A stretch of 64,000 bases of DNA from the NCBI GenBank assembly GCA_965660855.1, contig CBFIBM010000002.1, forward strand, positions 1-64,000, read 5' to 3'. Each line of letters begins with the position of its first letter. Positions within the stretch are counted from its first letter, which is position 1. This document shows, piece after piece, positions 60,131-64,000 of the stretch. Both the position numbers and the translations under genes were made by a program. The stretch is from an uncultured bacterium (lineage in GTDB: Bacteria > Fidelibacterota > Marinisomatia > Marinisomatales > UBA1611). The notes below the pieces were generated by a model that made no database searches, was not told where the DNA came from, and saw only the letters and a list, made by a program, of their open reading frames with translations.

Positions 60131-62083
60131 GTGTCCTTAAAAACTATAATTAATTTGAAAAATACACTATACTTACCATTTTTATTTTGTTTGCTTTTTT
60201 CGCAAAGTGACCAAAACCCTGTAGAATTTCACACATCATCGATGGCCGTTGCAAGAGCAGGAGAGGTCATAAATATTAAAATAAATGCAAAAATGGATAA
60301 GCAATGGCATATTTATTCCATCTATAAATCAAGTGAAGGACCTTTGCCTACAGAAATTTCAGTATCGGGTAAAGCTGTCGGTCAAATTGCTCCAATCCAA
60401 GAACCAGAACCTGTTTATCTTTATGATCCGGGATTTGAAACAGATACTTATTATCATGAAGGAGATACTGAATTTATTTTACCATTAAGGTTGAAAAGAA
60501 ATTTGCCACCAGGATCATATGAGATATATTTAGATATATTCTATATGGTTTGTAATGAGAGACTTTGTTACCCTCCGATGACAAAAACAGATACTCTTTT
60601 TATTGCAATAGAATCAGGAGAACCTAGAGATGAATTCAAAACTTTTTCTTCAATTAAAGCAATTAATGATAATAATATAAATAACAATGAAAACTCTCTC
60701 TTAGGAATTTTACTACTTGCTATTGGTGGGGCTATTCTTAGTTGGGTCATGCCGTGTGTTTACCCTATGATACCTATTATCATATCATTTTTTGGAAAAA
60801 TGTCTGAAGAAAAACATGTTGGTAAAAATACAATTGCATTTATTTATGGATTAGGTATTTCTGGTACATTTGTTCTTATTGGATTACTTGTAGGTTTTTT
60901 ATCGTGGGGATTAGAGGATGTTGGAGCTCAAGCAAAAAATGCAAATATTGGAAATTTCATTGCAACAAATCCATGGATAAATTTATTTTTAGGATTCCTA
61001 TTTATATTTTTTGCACTATGGATGTTTGGAATTATAAATGTAAATGTAGCTGGAAGCTTAGTAAACAAAACGGATAAAGCAGGTCAGTCCGCAAAAAGTG
61101 CTTATTTAGGGGCTTTTGTACTCGGAGTTACTTTTGCTATTACAAGTTTTAGTTGCACTGTGCCTGTTGTAGGTACACTACTTGTTGTTGCGGCAGCAGG
61201 TACAACTGGGGGTATACTAACTAGCCTTTATGGAATGATAGTTTATGGGATTATTTTTGCTGCCCCATTTGTTGCCCTGTCCTTATTTCCAAGGGCTCTT
61301 GAAAAGCTTCCAAACTCAGGTTCTTGGATGGAAACAATGAAAATAGTTTTTGGTTTTATTGAAATTGCTGCAGCCATTAAATTTTTGTGGGTACCAGATT
61401 TAGAATGGGGGTTAGGTTTGCTCCCAAGAAACATAGTCCTAATTCTATTTCTTTTAATTGGATTTATTCTTATTGCATATTTACTTGGATTTTTTAAGAT
61501 AGGCTTAGTAGAAAATGTTCAACTTTTAAAAGTTGGTAAAGGCAGGATTGTTACTATTATTTTATGTCTTTTTACTCTTTATCCAATTGCTAAATCTCTA
61601 GCCTCTGCACCAACGTACCACTACTCTGAGATGCCACGTCTCATTGATGAGCTTCTTGAGGCTCTATTACCACCACCACCAACTGATGATGAAATTGCGA
61701 TAAAAGAAGGGTGGTACGTCGATGATTACGATGGTGCTTTAGAAAGAGCTAAGAAAGAGGGGAAGCCATTGTTCATTGACTTTACCGGGGTTTATTGTGC
61801 AAATTGCAGAGTGATGGAGAGAAGAGTTTTCCCAACAGAATCTGTAAAAAAGCAATTTGATAAAATGATTTTAACTAGACTTTATGTCGATAAAAAAGAT
61901 AGTCTTAGCCAGGTATATGCCAAGTTACAGTTTGAAAAATACAAACAAGCAACCCAGCCATATTATGTATTGCTTGATCCCAAAGATGAAACTACTTTAG
62001 TTGATACTGGGGGTTATGTACCCAATGGATTTTCGAACTTTTTAGAAAAAGGAATGAATAAATTTCATTCCTTAAATAAATAA
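60131..62083 (+). CDS. dsbD: DsbD-like protein-disulfide reductase
   Basis: N-terminal VCNERLCYPP; TM domain MPCVYP and SCTVP; C-terminal thioredoxin DFTGVYCANC. The start may be TTG 60155. Confidence 0.88.
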   Translation: MSLKTIINLKNTLYLPFLFCLLFSQSDQNPVEFHTSSMAVARAGEVINIKINAKMDKQWHIYSIYKSSEGPLPTEISVSGKAVGQIAPIQEPEPVYLYDPGFETDTYYHEGDTEFILPLRLKRNLPPGSYEIYLDIFYMVCNERLCYPPMTKTDTLFIAIESGEPRDEFKTFSSIKAINDNNINNNENSLLGILLLAIGGAILSWVMPCVYPMIPIIISFFGKMSEEKHVGKNTIAFIYGLGISGTFVLIGLLVGFLSWGLEDVGAQAKNANIGNFIATNPWINLFLGFLFIFFALWMFGIINVNVAGSLVNKTDKAGQSAKSAYLGAFVLGVTFAITSFSCTVPVVGTLLVVAAAGTTGGILTSLYGMIVYGIIFAAPFVALSLFPRALEKLPNSGSWMETMKIVFGFIEIAAAIKFLWVPDLEWGLGLLPRNIVLILFLLIGFILIAYLLGFFKIGLVENVQLLKVGKGRIVTIILCLFTLYPIAKSLASAPTYHYSEMPRLIDELLEALLPPPPTDDEIAIKEGWYVDDYDGALERAKKEGKPLFIDFTGVYCANCRVMERRVFPTESVKKQFDKMILTRLYVDKKDSLSQVYAKLQFEKYKQATQPYYVLLDPKDETTLVDTGGYVPNGFSNFLEKGMNKFHSLNK

Positions 62084-62099
62084 TAAAAAATATTATAAT

Positions 62100-62672
62100 A
62101 TGAAATACAATTTTAAAATAAAATATAACGAATTATTAAAAATATTGACTTTATTTCTATTTGTTTCTTGCGATAACAGCACAGCACAGCAAAAAAAGAA
62201 TGAAAAAGTAAATAAAACCAATAATAAACAATTAATCAAAGCTCCAGAATTTACTTTAGCTGACTTAGAAGGGAACCTTGTGACATTAAGTGACCTAAAA
62301 GGAAAAGTAGTAATGTTGAACTTTTGGGGTACATGGTGTGGCCCATGTAGAAGAGAAATACCAGATTTTGTTAAATTAATTGACAAACATCAGGATTCAG
62401 GACTTGAAATATTAGGTGTAACATTATCTTCAGGCTCACCAGAAAATATTCAATCTTTTGCAGATCAATGGAATATTAATTATACTCTATTAACCGATAT
62501 CAATAAGAATGAAACACAAGTAGTAACAAGTTTATATGGGCAGGTTACAGGACAGCCTATCACAGGAATACCAACAACTTTTATTATTGACAAAGAAGGT
62601 TATATAAGGCAAAAATACGTTGGTCCTAGATCCGAAAAAGTCTTTTTTAAGGACATAAAGCCCCTTCTCTAA
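62100..62672 (+). CDS. TlpA/ResA-like thioredoxin lipoprotein
   Basis: Lipobox FVSC; APEFTL, NFWGTWCGPC, IPTTFIIDKEG. Confidence 0.93.
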   Translation: MKYNFKIKYNELLKILTLFLFVSCDNSTAQQKKNEKVNKTNNKQLIKAPEFTLADLEGNLVTLSDLKGKVVMLNFWGTWCGPCRREIPDFVKLIDKHQDSGLEILGVTLSSGSPENIQSFADQWNINYTLLTDINKNETQVVTSLYGQVTGQPITGIPTTFIIDKEGYIRQKYVGPRSEKVFFKDIKPLL

Positions 62673-62703
62673 TCTTAAAATTATTAATAAAATAGGTTTG
62701 ATT

Positions 62704-64000
62704 TTGCGGGTAGTCTTTCAAGTTCTTTTGATATCCTGCAGTTTTACTAGTGCAAATAATATTGATAATTACTGGCAGCAAGATGTTGATTATAAAATGA
62801 AGGTCTCTTTGATTGACTCAATCCGGCAATTAACTGGAACTTCAATTATAAAGTACACTAATAACTCCCCAGATTCCTTAGATCGTATATATATGCATTT
62901 ATATCCAAATGCATTTCAAAAGAATTCAGTAAAATATAGAGAATATTTAGATAGCTACGGTCGAAAATCACGAGCTAAAGAGATTCAAGAATCACTAAAT
63001 AGTTTTATAAGTAAAATTGAGATCCATAATCTTTCAATTTCATTGCCTCAGGAGGGACTTTCATGGATACATAAAAAATCGATATTAGAATCTTTTAATA
63101 TCGAAGATACCATTTTAGAAATAAAATTATTGCATAAGATTGGACCAGGGGAGACCTCGAGAATTGACTTAAGTTGGACACATCATATTGGTGAAATGGT
63201 TGAAAGAGCAGGTTTTCATAAAGGACAATACAATATGGCTCAATGGTATCCTAAAATTGCAGTTTATGATCATAGTGGATGGAATGCAGACTTCTTTCAT
63301 GCAGAAGGTGAATTCTATGGTGAGTTTGGAACTTTTGAAGTTGAACTTACTATACCGAAAGCTTTTGTTATTGCGGCAACTGGGATAGTAGAGAATGGGG
63401 ATCCTGGATGGAGTGATGTTGAAGTAGATACTTCATTTGATTTTAATATTTGGCGGGATATTTTTGACTCTACGTATATCGCTCCAAAATCAAATGAATC
63501 ACGGAATGTAACTTTTATAGCGAAAAACGTTCATGATTTTGCATGGGTTGCTTCAAAAAATTTCTTCTATGAGGGTGGGAAAAGTAAAGATTTAGAGACT
63601 GATATTCATGTTTTGTACGATAGAGATCGTGGAATGAATTGGTCAAAAGTTGTTTTGGATAGATCTGTTGAGGTCTTAGATTGGCTTGAGAAAAAAATTG
63701 GGGAATATCCTTACCCTCAAATATCTACAGTAGATAGAGTCAAAAATGGTGGAATGGAATATCCAATGCTTGTGATGAATGGAAGAGAAGACGAGAGCTT
63801 GATAGCACATGAGTTTGGACATGTTTATTTTTATGGAATACTCGCCAATAATGAAGTTGGTGAAGCATGGCTTGACGAGGGATTTGCAACGTTTCAAACA
63901 ACTGAATACATGGCAGAAAAATACGGACCTCATGGATATGACCCAGAACTTTTTAATGGATATGACAAATATCCGAAAAATAAAATGCCAAAACAAAGTG
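62704..64000 (+). CDS. M1 family metallo-aminopeptidase, exported (partial, runs off window; not in ORF track)
   Basis: Frame open from TTG 62704 (or 62698): signal peptide, YWQQDVDY, QWYPKIAVYD, HDFAW, GGMEYP, AHEFGH, and NNE...AWLDEG (HEXXH-x18-E). Confidence 0.92.
   Translation, partial: MRVVFQVLLISCSFTSANNIDNYWQQDVDYKMKVSLIDSIRQLTGTSIIKYTNNSPDSLDRIYMHLYPNAFQKNSVKYREYLDSYGRKSRAKEIQESLNSFISKIEIHNLSISLPQEGLSWIHKKSILESFNIEDTILEIKLLHKIGPGETSRIDLSWTHHIGEMVERAGFHKGQYNMAQWYPKIAVYDHSGWNADFFHAEGEFYGEFGTFEVELTIPKAFVIAATGIVENGDPGWSDVEVDTSFDFNIWRDIFDSTYIAPKSNESRNVTFIAKNVHDFAWVASKNFFYEGGKSKDLETDIHVLYDRDRGMNWSKVVLDRSVEVLDWLEKKIGEYPYPQISTVDRVKNGGMEYPMLVMNGREDESLIAHEFGHVYFYGILANNEVGEAWLDEGFATFQTTEYMAEKYGPHGYDPELFNGYDKYPKNKMPKQS

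Noticed and set aside
983..63996. The many 60-141 aa ORFs nested in or antisense to long genes (e.g. 983, 1723, 17581, 19947, 59502, 62093, 63188, 63676)
   Set aside because: They overlap well-supported CDSs and have no motifs; 63188 and 63676 lie inside the M1 peptidase.

Overview
Very AT-rich, tightly packed bacterial chromosomal segment, almost all on the + strand, with many overlapping stop/start codons. Gene content (PorX-like REC-PglZ next to tsaE, BatA-domain protein, YfhO, kinase-less PASTA protein, DsbD/TlpA) points to an FCB-group organism, most plausibly a marine Marinimicrobia (SAR406)-like genome; this taxonomy is inference. The window opens with the 3' end of 23S rRNA, 5S rRNA and a terminator. 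It continues with a four-gene candidate trans-envelope cAMP signalling module (exported Ig/FN3-like protein, exported FecR-domain protein, outer-membrane beta-barrel, CHASE2 adenylate cyclase) followed by a PorX-like regulator. Housekeeping genes include tsaE, tsaB, rimI, accD, surE, guaA, glmS, arfB, uppP, holA, yajC, def, fmt, rsmB, hflX, pyrF and pyrE. Accessory blocks are a MORN-repeat cluster with a 1373-aa exported protein made of 57 tandem MORN repeats, an ECF sigma/anti-sigma/GGDEF block, a glycosyltransferase-sulfotransferase-YfhO cluster and an exported LIM-like zinc-finger/DA1-type peptidase. The ORF track misses or truncates a 57-aa ORF, two genes that seem to start at ATA, and an M1 peptidase that runs off the right edge; there is also a candidate structured ncRNA after hflX. 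I saw no CRISPR array, tRNA, transposase, integrase or phage genes.
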